A stretch of 64,000 nucleotides of DNA from an uncultured delta proteobacterium (lineage in GTDB: Bacteria; Desulfobacterota; Binatia; UBA9968). Position numbers and translations under genes: made by a program. Below are positions 10,030 to 19,895 of the stretch, piece by piece; the stretch's first letter is position 1, and each line of letters begins with the position of its first letter. A model generated the notes under the pieces. It made no database searches and had not been told where the DNA came from. It was given only the letters and a program-made list of their open reading frames with translations. The stretch spans positions 1 to 64,000 of the forward strand of contig CAVWLW010000036.1 of the NCBI GenBank assembly GCA_963755715.1. The letters are read 5' to 3'.

Positions 10030-11673
10030 ATGAAAGTCGTCGATGTAATCGCTGAGATCCTCAAGCGTGAAGGCGTTGAGTTTCTTTCCTGCTATCCGAC
10101 CAATCCGTTGATCGAAGCCGCGGCGAGCGCGGGCATCCGGCCGATCGTCTGCCGCCAGGAGCGGGTCGGCGTCGGCATCGCGGATGGGTTCTCCCGCGTT
10201 ACTAACGGGCGGCGCATCGGCGTGTTTACCATGCAGGCGGGGCCTGGAGCTGAGAATGCATTTTCCGGCGTCGCGACTGCGTATTCAGACTCCGTGCCGG
10301 TGCTTTGTTTGCCGGTCGGTCACCCGCGTGGCAGCTCGCAGGTGTTTCACTTCTTTCGTTCGGCGCAGGCTTATGCGCCGATTTCAAAATGGGTCGAAGA
10401 AATTACCGTCGCCGATCAAGTGCCGGAAATCTTGCGGCGCGCCTTTACCTATCTCAAGCTAGGCCGTCCGGGGCCGGTGATGGTGGAAATACCCGGCGAC
10501 ATCGCCGTCGAAGAATTTTCCGGTGCGCTGAACTACAAGCCGGTGAAGCGCACGACCAGCGGCGCCAACGCGCGCGATGTTGCAGAAGCGGCGAAAATTT
10601 TGTTGCAAGCGAAAAATCCCATGATCATCGCCGGGCAAGGCGTGTTGTATGCCGAGGCGACCGACGAATTGATCGAGCTTGCCGAGCTGGCGCAGCTTCC
10701 CGTGTCGACACCGCTGGAAGGCAAGAGCGCCTTTCCGGAGCACCATCCGCTTTCGCTGGGCACCGGCTCCGGCGTGATGCCGCGGACGGTGCATACTTTT
10801 TTGCAGAAAGCCGATGTGATTCTGGCGATCGGCACGAGTTTGACCAAGCATAACATTACCGCGGCGGCGATCCCGCCGGGAAAAGTGATCATTCACGCGA
10901 CTAACGACGAGCGCGACATCAACAAGCAATACGCGTCGGATTATCCGATCCTGGGCGATGCGAAGTTGGTGCTGCGTCAATTCGTCGAAGCCGCGAAGGA
11001 TATTCTCGGCGGCAAGAAGCGCGATCCTGAGGGCGCGGTGGCGGCGGAGATCAAAAAAGTCAAGGAAGAATGGCTCAAGGAATGGATGCCCAAGCTCACG
11101 TCCAATGAAAAACCGCTGACGCCTTATCGCGTCATGTGGGAGTTCATGAACTTGTTCGATCGAAAAGACGTCATCGTCACCCATGACTCCGGCAGCCCGC
11201 GCAATCAACTGGTGCCGTTTTACCAAGCGCCGACGCCGCGCAGTTATCTGGGCTGGGGCAAATCCCACGCGCTCGGCGGCGGACTGGGGTTGATCATGGG
11301 CGCCAAGCTCGCGGCGCCGGATAAATTTTGCGTCAACTTCATGGGCGATGCGGCCTTCGGCATGACCGGCCTCGATTTCGAAACCGCCGTGCGCAACAAC
11401 ATCCCGACGTTGACGATTGTTTTGAACAATAATTTTATGGCCGCCGAAACCCACAGCATGCAAGCCTCGCACGAACGCTACGGCACGATGAACATCCTCG
11501 GTAACTACGCCGATCTGGCCAAATCCCTCGGCGGCTGGTCGGAACGGATCGAAGAGCCGGGGCAAATCGTCCCAGCGTTGCAGCGCGCACGGAAAGTGAC
11601 CGACGACGGCAAAGCAGCTTTGCTCGAATTCATCACCAGCCGAGAAATCGATTACTCGCGAATGAGAGACTGA
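10030..11673 (+). CDS. Thiamine diphosphate-dependent enzyme (acetolactate synthase-like superfamily)
   Basis: RQERVGVGIADGFSR, GPGAENA and GDAAFGM...LNN ThDP-binding motif. Confidence 0.9.
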   Translation: MKVVDVIAEILKREGVEFLSCYPTNPLIEAAASAGIRPIVCRQERVGVGIADGFSRVTNGRRIGVFTMQAGPGAENAFSGVATAYSDSVPVLCLPVGHPRGSSQVFHFFRSAQAYAPISKWVEEITVADQVPEILRRAFTYLKLGRPGPVMVEIPGDIAVEEFSGALNYKPVKRTTSGANARDVAEAAKILLQAKNPMIIAGQGVLYAEATDELIELAELAQLPVSTPLEGKSAFPEHHPLSLGTGSGVMPRTVHTFLQKADVILAIGTSLTKHNITAAAIPPGKVIIHATNDERDINKQYASDYPILGDAKLVLRQFVEAAKDILGGKKRDPEGAVAAEIKKVKEEWLKEWMPKLTSNEKPLTPYRVMWEFMNLFDRKDVIVTHDSGSPRNQLVPFYQAPTPRSYLGWGKSHALGGGLGLIMGAKLAAPDKFCVNFMGDAAFGMTGLDFETAVRNNIPTLTIVLNNNFMAAETHSMQASHERYGTMNILGNYADLAKSLGGWSERIEEPGQIVPALQRARKVTDDGKAALLEFITSREIDYSRMRD

Positions 11674-11807
11674 ACCGATCAGTCACCCATGGCGTCAGCA
11701 GTTTATTTTCTGGTGCGAAACCCCGGGGCGGCTGTCAATCAGCTCGCACAGGCGCGAGGATTCGGCTTGATTGATTTAAAGGTTTTGAATTGCTACCCGT
11801 TGAATCG

Positions 11808-12120
11808 ATGCAGCGCTCTTTCATCGGCTTGTTGGTTATACTGATTCTGGCTTTTGGTATCACCGAAAACCACGCCGTCCAATTTCAATCGAACTCCGGT
11901 GCGGCTGCCGAAGAGGACTTTTCCTCGGAAGAGCGCGATGAACAGGTCTACAGAACCGCCGCAGTCGAAAAGATCTCGTGACCGCCGCAGCGAATCCGCA
12001 CGAGGACGAGTGGGCAAAAACCCGCCGGTCGTTCAAGCCAAATTGTCGTTTTTTTCCTCGAGTCAGCGGCTGACCTTTCTCGTCGACCCGCACCGCGCAC
12101 TTCAGATCTTGAGAATCTAG
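11808..12120 (+). CDS. Putative exported leader peptide upstream of terC (~103 aa if one base near 11978 is an indel)
   Basis: MQRSFIGLLVILILAFG signal/TM and an acidic linker, with a stop at 11981. A one-base shift joins it to ...HRALQILRI* ending at 12120. Confidence 0.45.
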
Positions 12121-12123
12121 TTT

Positions 12124-12203
12124 CCATTCTTCCCGCATATCTTTAGCGCTCGTGCGCGCTGGGCGCCGTCTGGCGTGTTTCCGTAGTTTGAAGGGAGAAA
12201 TGG
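12124..12203 (+). promoter_or_regulatory. Putative anti-SD/SD pairing controlling terC translation
   Basis: CCATTCTTCCC (12124-12134) can pair at 10 of 11 positions (one G-U) with GGGAGAAATGG (12193-12203, RBS plus ATG). Two small GC hairpins lie between them. Confidence 0.45.
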
Positions 12204-13438
12204 CAATCATGGATTCGGATCGAATATTTCTTTGGCTCGCTTTTAACGTCTTTGTTCTCGGCATGCTCGCCGTTGACCTCGGGGTTTTTCACCGCAAGGC
12301 CCATTCGGTTTCCATCAAGGAGGCGACAACCTGGAGCATCGTGTGGATTTCCCTGGCGATGATTTTCAACCTCGGGATTTATTTCGCTTGGGGTCCGGAG
12401 AAAGCGCTCGAATTTCTCACCGGCTACGTGATCGAGAAATCGCTCAGCGTCGATAACCTCTTCGTCTTCTTGATGATCTTTCAATATTTCGCCACCCCGG
12501 CGGAGTATCAGCATCGGGTGCTTTTCTGGGGTATTCTCGGCGCGCTCATTCTGCGCGCGATCTTTATCGCGACGGGCGCCGCCTTGATCGGCAATTTTCA
12601 CTGGATGATCTATATCTTCGGCGCCTTCCTGGTCTTTACCGGCATCAAGATGTTTCTCCAGGGCGACGAGAAGATCGAGCCGGAGAAAAATCCGCTGGTG
12701 CGTTTATTCGAGCGCTGCGTGCCGATCAGCAAGAAATATCACGGGCAGAGCTTTTTCGTCAGACATGAGGGGAGGCGGCAGGCGACGCTTTTGATGGTCG
12801 TGCTCATCGTCATCGAAACCACCGACGTGATCTTCGCGGTGGACTCGATTCCGGCGATCTTTGCGATCACGCAGGATCCGTTTATCGTCTATACGTCGAA
12901 CGTCTTCGCGATCCTCGGCCTGCGCGCGCTTTATTTCATGCTCGCCGGCGTCATGCAGATGTTCATCTACTTGAAAGTCGGTTTGTCGTTTGTTTTGGGT
13001 TTCGTCGGCGCCAAGATGCTGCTCGTCGATCTTTATAAAATTCCGATCGGCGCATCGTTATCGGTGATCGGCGGCGTGTTGCTGCTATCGATTCTCGCGT
13101 CGTGGTGGGTGCAAAGAAAGCCCACCCCGGCGCATGGGCCCAGGCCCGCACTGGTTTGGCCGGCGGTTGCGCTGGCGGGGATCATCCTGATTTTGGTGAA
13201 ATGGCATTCCATCGCCGCCGGACCCACCGGCCACGAAGCCATCACGGTATTGCGTGTCGTAGAGCGCGAATTAGCCGACGCCCAATGGCGCCAGCCGACG
13301 CTCATCAGCGCCGAGATATTCCGCCATGCCAATGCGGCTTTAGATGAAGCGTGGACTGATCTCGGCGAAAAGCGTTATGAGGAAGCGATCGCCACCGCCC
13401 AAGCGGCGAAAGAAATCCTGGCGGAGCGGCCTAGATAA
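12200..13438 (+). CDS. terC: TerC/Alx-family membrane metal (Mn) homeostasis protein with a C-terminal extension
   Basis: FLTGYVIEKSLSVDNLFVF, QHRVLFWGILGALILR, ETTDVIFAVDSIPA and YTSNVFAILGLRALYF; RBS AAGGGAG before ATG 12200. Confidence 0.9.
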   Translation: MAIMDSDRIFLWLAFNVFVLGMLAVDLGVFHRKAHSVSIKEATTWSIVWISLAMIFNLGIYFAWGPEKALEFLTGYVIEKSLSVDNLFVFLMIFQYFATPAEYQHRVLFWGILGALILRAIFIATGAALIGNFHWMIYIFGAFLVFTGIKMFLQGDEKIEPEKNPLVRLFERCVPISKKYHGQSFFVRHEGRRQATLLMVVLIVIETTDVIFAVDSIPAIFAITQDPFIVYTSNVFAILGLRALYFMLAGVMQMFIYLKVGLSFVLGFVGAKMLLVDLYKIPIGASLSVIGGVLLLSILASWWVQRKPTPAHGPRPALVWPAVALAGIILILVKWHSIAAGPTGHEAITVLRVVERELADAQWRQPTLISAEIFRHANAALDEAWTDLGEKRYEEAIATAQAAKEILAERPR

Positions 13439-13452
13439 ATAAGCGGATTGAA

Positions 13453-15007
13453 CTACTGCGCTTGTTTACGCTCCAGAATGTGACCGACGGACTGTAAAAT
13501 TTCTTGGGGACCGACCGGCTTGACCAACACTTCATCGAAGCCGGCTGCCTGGGCCCGCTGTTGCACTTCTTCTTGTGCCCAGCCCGTCACGGCGATCAAC
13601 GCAACGTTTTTCCCGGAGGGCTGCGCGCGAATTCGTTCACAGGTGTCGAACCCGTTCAATCCCGGCATGCCGACATCGAGTAGAATTGCGTCAGGCCGAA
13701 AACTCTCGATCTTTTCGATACCGGTTTTTCCGTCTGGCGCGGTGTCCACTTCGTGGCCTTGTTTGCGCAGCAACACGGAGTACATTTCGCGCGTGTTGCG
13801 ACCGTCATCGACAACCAGAATGCGCCAATTGGCTTTGTTCTCATTGCGCGTGCCGCCCGGCGGCTCGGCCGGCTGCGCAAGCTCCTGCTCAATAAAAGCC
13901 GGCAGCGTCACTAAAAACTCGCTGCCTTTGCCCGGAGCCGTCGCTGCGCGCTTCGATAGTCCCGCCGTGCAGCTCGACAAGCCTGCGCGTTAAGGTAAGA
14001 CCGATTCCCAGCCCGGCCTGTGATCGTTCGAGGCTGCCGTCCGCCTGATAGAACATCTCGAAGACATGCGGCAATTGATCGCTGGCGATACCGATGCCGT
14101 CGTCCTTGACGGATACGATCGCCTTGTCGTTCTCGGCGTACGCGCTCAGCCAGATATTTCCTCCCTTGGGCGTGTACTTGGCGGCGTTGCTGAGCAAATT
14201 CACAAAGATCTGCGTCAATCGTACCGCGTCGCCGTCGATCCACACCGACTCCGCCGGCAAAGCGACCGTCGGATAATGACCGTGCGCCTCGATAACCGTA
14301 CGGCTCGATGCCAAAGCCCCGTTAAGCACGTCGACCAAGCGCAGCTTTCCCCTGCGCAACTCGATCTTGTCGCGCGTAATCCGCGCCACATCGAGCAAGT
14401 CATCGATGAGCCGGGTGAGATGGTTCACCTGTTGGTCGATCACGTCCCGGCTGAATTGAATATCCGGATCGAGGTCATCTTTAAGACGCATGATTTCCAC
14501 CGCGGCGCGGATCGGATACAGCGGATTTCTCAACTCGTGTGACAGGGTGGCGAGGAATTCGTTCTTGCGCCGATCGGCATCGCGCAGTTGGTCCAGCAGC
14601 CGGCGATTTTCTTCTTCGCGCTGATAGAGCCGCAGCAGGGCCTTGACAGTGGCGAGCAACTCTTCCGCTTCCATCGGCTCGGTCAGATAGCCGTCCGCCC
14701 CTCCTTCCAGCCCCTGAATCCGATCTGCATCGCTCACGTGGGTCGCCGAAACTTGCAAAATCATGATGTGCGCCGTCAAGGGATCGTGTTTTAGACTGCG
14801 GCAAACGTCGAGCCCGTTCATGTCCGGCAGCATCACGTCCAGCAGCACCAGCTGCGGGCGCTCGCTCAGCACGAGCTTGAGTGTATCCGCGCCTTTGTCT
14901 GACTCGATGACGTTATAGCCGGCACGCTTTAAAATCCGGCTCTTGGCATAACGGCCAGCCTCGTCGTCATCGACATTCAAAATCGTATACGCGCTTGCTT
15001 CGATCAT
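13453..15007 (-). CDS. Hybrid histidine kinase REC-HisKA-HATPase-REC (frameshift ~13930)
   Basis: ILNVDDD REC, FLATLSHELRNPL, NLLSNAAKYT and GLGIGL. Removing one base restores DGPGKGSEF and joins the C-terminal REC. Confidence 0.88.
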
Positions 15008-15020
15008 CGTACCCTTTCCA

Positions 15021-17213
15021 TCAGAGCGCCACCGAGGCGCTCGGCACGACCGATTCCGTTTGTATTTTCTCCAACACCTGCTCCACTCGTTCCCGTGACA
15101 ATTCGGTCTTGTTCATAATGGCGCAAGTCTGCGCTTCCAATCGACGCCGGTCTTCCTCCGTGAGAGTCGCCGAGGTCACGACCGCAACCGGGATCGGCTG
15201 CGTCGCCGGATCGGTTTTTATCCGATCCAGTACATCGAAGCCGGAAACATCCGGCATTTTGAGATCGAGAAAAATCAAATTCGGCATTGTCTCCTTCGCC
15301 ATGCGGATACCCTCGGTCCCATTCACGGCTTCCTGCACCGAACAAGCTTTATGGCTAAGCAGTTTGGTGAGCACGTACCGAGCGGCGGGCTCGTCATCGA
15401 TGATCATGACGCGCGCGCCCGGCGCGCTGTCGAGAGGGGCCGGCGCGGCGCGAAATTCCGGATCGGTGACCCGCTCTAGCTGCTCGAGCAAAACCTCACG
15501 CGTCAACGGCTTGACGCAATACGCATCGGCGCCCAAGGTCAAACCCTTGCCTCGATCTTCCACCGCGGTAGCAATGATGATGGGAATTTCTCGTGTCCCA
15601 CCGTCCGCCTTCAATTCGGCGAGCCAGTGCCAACTCTCTTCACCGCGCAGCGCGATGTCCAAAATAATCGCGCGGGGACGAACCTGCCTGAGAGCGTCGC
15701 GAGCCTCGCGAAGATTGCCGGCGGATAGGACTTGAAACGGCGATTCTCGAAGATACTTTTCATAGATGAGCCGGGTGGCCGGCTCGTCATCGAGGACGAG
15801 CACGGGTATCCGCGTTTCGTCCCATTCCCAGCTCTGCGGTTGCGCATCGGTGGGCTCCGCCTCACCAGCTGCGACATATTGGATAGGAATAGTAAGACTG
15901 AACGTCGATCCGATGCCCACCTGGCTGACCAGATCGATCTTGCCGCCGAGCAAAGTGGCCAGCTTGCGGCACAACGGCAAACCGAGACCGGTGCCTTTGA
16001 CTTTGCGCTGCACGGGGTTTTCAACTTGGGTGAATTCCTCGAAGATCCTCTCCTGATCTTCGAGGGCGATGCCGAGGCCGGTGTCGGCCACCGAGAAAGT
16101 TACCGTCGACTGGTCCTTGTTGAGCTCAGCCTTCACCCGAATTTCACCCCGGTCGGTGAATTTCAACGCGTTCGAGATGAAGTTGCGCAGGATTTGCGAC
16201 ACCTTGCTTTCATCGTTGTATAGCGCGGCCTTCGCTTCGGGCTCTTCAAAAACCAAATTAACAGTTTGCGCCATAAGTAGCGGGCGCAACATGCCGCGCA
16301 CCGCGCTGAAAAGCCCTGCCACCGAGAACTCGGTCGGCCGCACCTCTACCTTGCCCGCTTCGATTTTAGCGAGATCGAGCAAGTCATTGACCAGGTCCAG
16401 CAAACCTTCGGCGGATCCTCGGATAAAGCCTACCTGTTTTTCTTGCTCGGCAGTCAACTCGCCGTCCGCCCGATCGAGCAACAAGCCCGACAAAGCGAGG
16501 ATCGAGCTCAGCGGCGTTCTGAACTCATGGCTCATGTCCGAGAGAAAGCGCGTTTTGAGCTCGTCGGCGCGCCTCAGATGGCTCGCTCGCTCATCCAACT
16601 CGGCGTAGAGAGCGACGACACCACGATTGGTATCTGCCAGCTCCTGATTGACCCGCGACAGCTCCTCCTGGCGTTCGCGCGCATCGGACAACGCCTGGAG
16701 CAGTTCTTGATTTTGTCGTCTGACCTCATCGAAGGCGTTTTCCGGCCGTTGCACCGCGAGCGCGCCGACGATTTCGTTAAGCCGCGCGGTCGTCACCAGA
16801 GGCGCGCGATGGGGTAGCATTTTTTTAAGGACGACCGCGGTTCCCTGTTTCGGGGCGGTTTGAATGTCGCACTGATCGACCAAGCGGCGCGCGCCGATGA
16901 TACCGAGACCCATGCCGGTGCTCGAACGATAACGCCCTTCGAGAATCGCCCCGAGATTGACGATCCCCGGTCCTTTGTCGCTGACCCGAATCAGCATCAC
17001 TTGCGGTGTGGTTTGCCCTTCGATCATGAACTCGATCTTGCCGCCACCGGCGTAGCCGTAGGCGTTGCGCGCGAGCTCGGATACCGCCGTCGCCAGACGA
17101 GTTTGGTCCTGGGAGTCGAAGCCGAGCGCGCTGGCGATTTGCCGGGTCCGCTGGCGCGCCGCAACCACATCCGGCTCGTGCTGAATCAGCACCGACGTTA
17201 TTGCATAAGCCAT
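15021..17213 (-). CDS. RsbT-like domain fused to hybrid histidine kinase (HATPase-HisKA-HATPase-REC-REC)
   Basis: N-terminal DQTRLATAVSELARNAY/GMGLGIIGARRLVD, then MSHEFRTPL, NFISNALKFT and two REC domains. Confidence 0.9.
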   Translation of the reverse strand: MAYAITSVLIQHEPDVVAARQRTRQIASALGFDSQDQTRLATAVSELARNAYGYAGGGKIEFMIEGQTTPQVMLIRVSDKGPGIVNLGAILEGRYRSSTGMGLGIIGARRLVDQCDIQTAPKQGTAVVLKKMLPHRAPLVTTARLNEIVGALAVQRPENAFDEVRRQNQELLQALSDARERQEELSRVNQELADTNRGVVALYAELDERASHLRRADELKTRFLSDMSHEFRTPLSSILALSGLLLDRADGELTAEQEKQVGFIRGSAEGLLDLVNDLLDLAKIEAGKVEVRPTEFSVAGLFSAVRGMLRPLLMAQTVNLVFEEPEAKAALYNDESKVSQILRNFISNALKFTDRGEIRVKAELNKDQSTVTFSVADTGLGIALEDQERIFEEFTQVENPVQRKVKGTGLGLPLCRKLATLLGGKIDLVSQVGIGSTFSLTIPIQYVAAGEAEPTDAQPQSWEWDETRIPVLVLDDEPATRLIYEKYLRESPFQVLSAGNLREARDALRQVRPRAIILDIALRGEESWHWLAELKADGGTREIPIIIATAVEDRGKGLTLGADAYCVKPLTREVLLEQLERVTDPEFRAAPAPLDSAPGARVMIIDDEPAARYVLTKLLSHKACSVQEAVNGTEGIRMAKETMPNLIFLDLKMPDVSGFDVLDRIKTDPATQPIPVAVVTSATLTEEDRRRLEAQTCAIMNKTELSRERVEQVLEKIQTESVVPSASVAL

Positions 17214-18259
17214 GGAGCGCTCCTCTGCGCGAGGCTGCGGGCGGGTCTAGCCACCAGCACCGTCACATCGTCTCGATTGCGGTTGTAATCGCGATAAAGA
17301 ACCGCGGCGATCAAACTCGGATGGCGCTGTGCCAGCGTGGGATAACCCTGCAGGTCCCAGCGGCTCAGCAGACCATCGGAGTGCATGATCAAGGTCGACT
17401 CTTCGTCCCATGGATAGGTAAACTCGACGATCTTGCGCACTTCCTGGCCGGCGGTGCCGTTGAGCGAGACCATGTGGCGCGCGCTACTGTTGCTGACAAT
17501 CGTGCCGGCAATATTGCCGACGCCGCAAAAACGCACGACCCCCAGCGAATGATCGATTTCCGCGATCGCCAGCGCGGCGCCGCGCGTGCTGCGCATCGCC
17601 GCGTGCGCCCGTTCGACGATTTCAGCGGGGGCCTTGGTTCGATGCTCCTTCAAGATAGCAACGGCCGCTCTTGCCGCGGTGGCCGCGTGCAAGCCATGAC
17701 CTAAACCGTCGGCGACCAGGCACACGCTTTTGTCCGCCAAGGCTTCATATTGCCAGCCGTCGCCACACACTTCTTCGCCGAGCTTCGCGATAGAGACGAT
17801 ACCGCATTCGATCTCATGAGAGATTTCCGGTTTGGCGTTTTTGGGCCATAGGCGGGCCAGCACAGCGGTGCCCTTGCCCTGGATCGTATGCATGTCGAAC
17901 TCGTCGGCGAGCCGCCCGATCGCTCCCAAGCCCGTTCCCGGGCTTCCCGCCGTCGAATAGCCATCGCGAAAACATTGCGTGAGATTGGCGATGCCCGGCC
18001 CATGATCCAGAGATAAAAATTCAACTCCGAGAGTGTCGCCGCGGTCCAGCAGGCGCATCAGAATTTCACCGCGCTTGGCGTGCTTCAGAATATTTGTCGC
18101 TAACTCCGTAACGATCAGAGCAACCCTGCCGGTCTCGGTTTCGTTGAAGCCGGCGCGGCCGACCAGTCGCGTAGCGATCCGGCTGGCCTCGGCCGAGTGG
18201 CTGACATCCTCGATCGGCAGCGATTGCTGTGCGTCGCTTAAACTCAAGTATTGCGCCAT
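17198..18259 (-). CDS. RsbT-like ATPase fused to SpoIIE/PP2C phosphatase (RsbX-like)
   Basis: VTELATNILKHA and GTGLGAI, then CGDG, VADGLGHG, HSDGL and RDDVTVL PP2C motifs. Confidence 0.9.
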   Translation of the reverse strand: MAQYLSLSDAQQSLPIEDVSHSAEASRIATRLVGRAGFNETETGRVALIVTELATNILKHAKRGEILMRLLDRGDTLGVEFLSLDHGPGIANLTQCFRDGYSTAGSPGTGLGAIGRLADEFDMHTIQGKGTAVLARLWPKNAKPEISHEIECGIVSIAKLGEEVCGDGWQYEALADKSVCLVADGLGHGLHAATAARAAVAILKEHRTKAPAEIVERAHAAMRSTRGAALAIAEIDHSLGVVRFCGVGNIAGTIVSNSSARHMVSLNGTAGQEVRKIVEFTYPWDEESTLIMHSDGLLSRWDLQGYPTLAQRHPSLIAAVLYRDYNRNRDDVTVLVARPARSLAQRSAPWLMQ

Positions 18260-18655
18260 CGAACGATCATCACTTTCGTGCCCTGCCCCGGGGCTGAATC
18301 GATTTTGAATTCATTGACCAGCCGCTTCGCTCCACCCAGTCCCAATCCCATGCCGCCGCCGGTGGTGTAGCCGTCTTTGAGCGCCTGTTCCACGTCGGCA
18401 ATCCCGGCGCCTTGGTCCGAGAAGGTCAAACGCAAGCCGCGGCGCGATTCGTTGTTGAGGGATTCGAGTCTAACCGTTCCGCCGCCGCCATGCTCCCAAG
18501 CGTTGCGCGCCAGCTCGCTCGCGGCGGTGACCATTTTGGTCTGATCCACTAAACTGAATCCCAACGAGATCGTCCACTGCCGCACAAGCTGGCGCACCTT
18601 GACGACGTCGTTTGAAGATCTGGATCGAGGCGCTGTCCGCCTTAAGTACTTCCAC
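18244..18655 (-). CDS. rsbT: Stressosome kinase RsbT (frameshift ~18620)
   Basis: DVVKVRQ, FSLVDQTKMVTAASELARN, DQGAGIADVEQALKDGYTTGGGMGLGLGGAKRLVNEF. The GTG start is in another frame. Confidence 0.85.
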
Positions 18656-19025
18656 CCAAATACCCCTTTTCGCCGAGCGCCGTCTGCAATATCGCCATGC
18701 CTCTGTTGACGTTCAACGCCGTGCGTACGCCCGGCAGGGACATGCCCAATTCGACTAACGTAATCGCCACCGCCGGCCGCATGCCGACGAGCACGGTTTC
18801 GGCGTCCAACATGCGCGCCATGCCGGCGATATTGGCGATCATCCGGCCGATGAAAGAATCGACGACTTCCAGGGAGGATATATCGATCAAAACTCCCCGC
18901 GCGCGATCCTTGACGACGCGGTTGGTCAAATCTTCTTGTAATGTCATCGCCAATTCGTCGTGCATATCCACCTGAATCGTCACGAGTAGAAACGAGCCCA
19001 TTTTTAGAATCGGAATGCGTTCCAT
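18642..19025 (-). CDS. rsbS: Stressosome STAS antagonist RsbS
   Basis: MERIPILKMG, IDISSLEVVDSFIGR and VGMRPAVAITLVELG; AGGAG RBS upstream. Confidence 0.9.
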   Translation of the reverse strand: MERIPILKMGSFLLVTIQVDMHDELAMTLQEDLTNRVVKDRARGVLIDISSLEVVDSFIGRMIANIAGMARMLDAETVLVGMRPAVAITLVELGMSLPGVRTALNVNRGMAILQTALGEKGYLGGST

Positions 19026-19036
19026 GATCGACTCCT

Positions 19037-19895
19037 CTAGGTGCGAGGCGGATACGCGGCTGAGCGTCGCGCCCGTGCGTTGCAACGCGACGGCAAAGGC
19101 GTCCGCCAGCGTCGCCTTGGTGACGACGTCGGACAAATTGATGCCGAGGTGAATGATCGTCTGGGCGATCTGCGGGCGGATCCCGCTGATGATGCAGTCG
19201 GCGCCCATCGAGCCGCGCGGCAGCCACTGTTTTTAAAAGATGTTGAGCGACCAAGGTGTCGACCGTGGGTACACCGGTGATGTCGATAATCGCGATCTGA
19301 GCTTCGGTTTCGACGATTTTTTCGAGCAGACTTTCCATCACCACCTGAGTCCGCTCGCTGTTTAGCGTGCCGATCAGCGGCAGGGCAAGGATACTGTCCC
19401 ACAAGTCGGACGACGGGCGTGGAGAGCTCGAGCAGCTCCTCTTGTTGACGGCCAATAATCGCTTCACGGCTCTGTTGAAAGACTTCCAAGGTGTAGAGTC
19501 CCAGCTTGTCCAATAAGACCGTAGATCTGCCAACTTCCGTCAGCAAGCTCTTGAGCCGGCAGCGACTCGCGCTTTAGAACCTCGAAAAGCGGCTGCTTCA
19601 ACGAAAACACGAACATGGCTGTTTCCGAGGGACTAAAGCCCTGAGTGGCGCGGCTACGCGAAATGCTGCTCAGCACTTCCTTGGCCGGCTTCCACGATGG
19701 CGCATTTACGTCCTCCGTTCCCGCTTGAGCCGCATCGATAAAATTTTTCAGAAACTCTCGTGATTGTTCGCGCAACTCGCTTTCCTTCAGCAGATCCGAG
19801 CGCAAGGTCGCAGCGCCAAGCTGCTGCCTGATCCAGTCCTCCAGAATCTGTTGTTGATGCTTTTGAAAAAGCTGCGCCAGCGATGTTTGACCCAT
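19037..19895 (-). CDS. rsbR: Stressosome protein RsbR (RsbRD_N non-heme globin plus STAS), with 3-4 frameshifts
   Basis: SRSRATQGFSPSETAMFVFSLK, QQEELLELSTPVV, LPLIGTL, IDITGVPTVDTLVAQHL and ISGIRPQIAQT appear in successive frames. Confidence 0.85.

Noticed and set aside
1393-11565. Long antisense ORFs (e.g. 1393-2352 and 10459-11565)
   Set aside because: Shadow ORFs opposite well-supported genes, as expected from high-GC codon bias.
11680-12200. Expected yybP-ykoY Mn riboswitch upstream of terC
   Set aside because: No GGGGAGUAG-type core or matching junctions recognisable by eye; a covariance search is needed to exclude it formally.
18642-19208. Apparent in-frame RsbR-RsbS fusion
   Set aside because: rsbS has its own AGGAG RBS and ATG at 19025, with a TAG just upstream in a neighbouring frame. 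One more indel in an error-rich gene explains the join.
18244-19533. 429-aa ORF looking like a STAS-RsbT fusion
   Set aside because: It is a chimera of frameshifted rsbR and rsbT segments joined by off-frame rsbS sequence.
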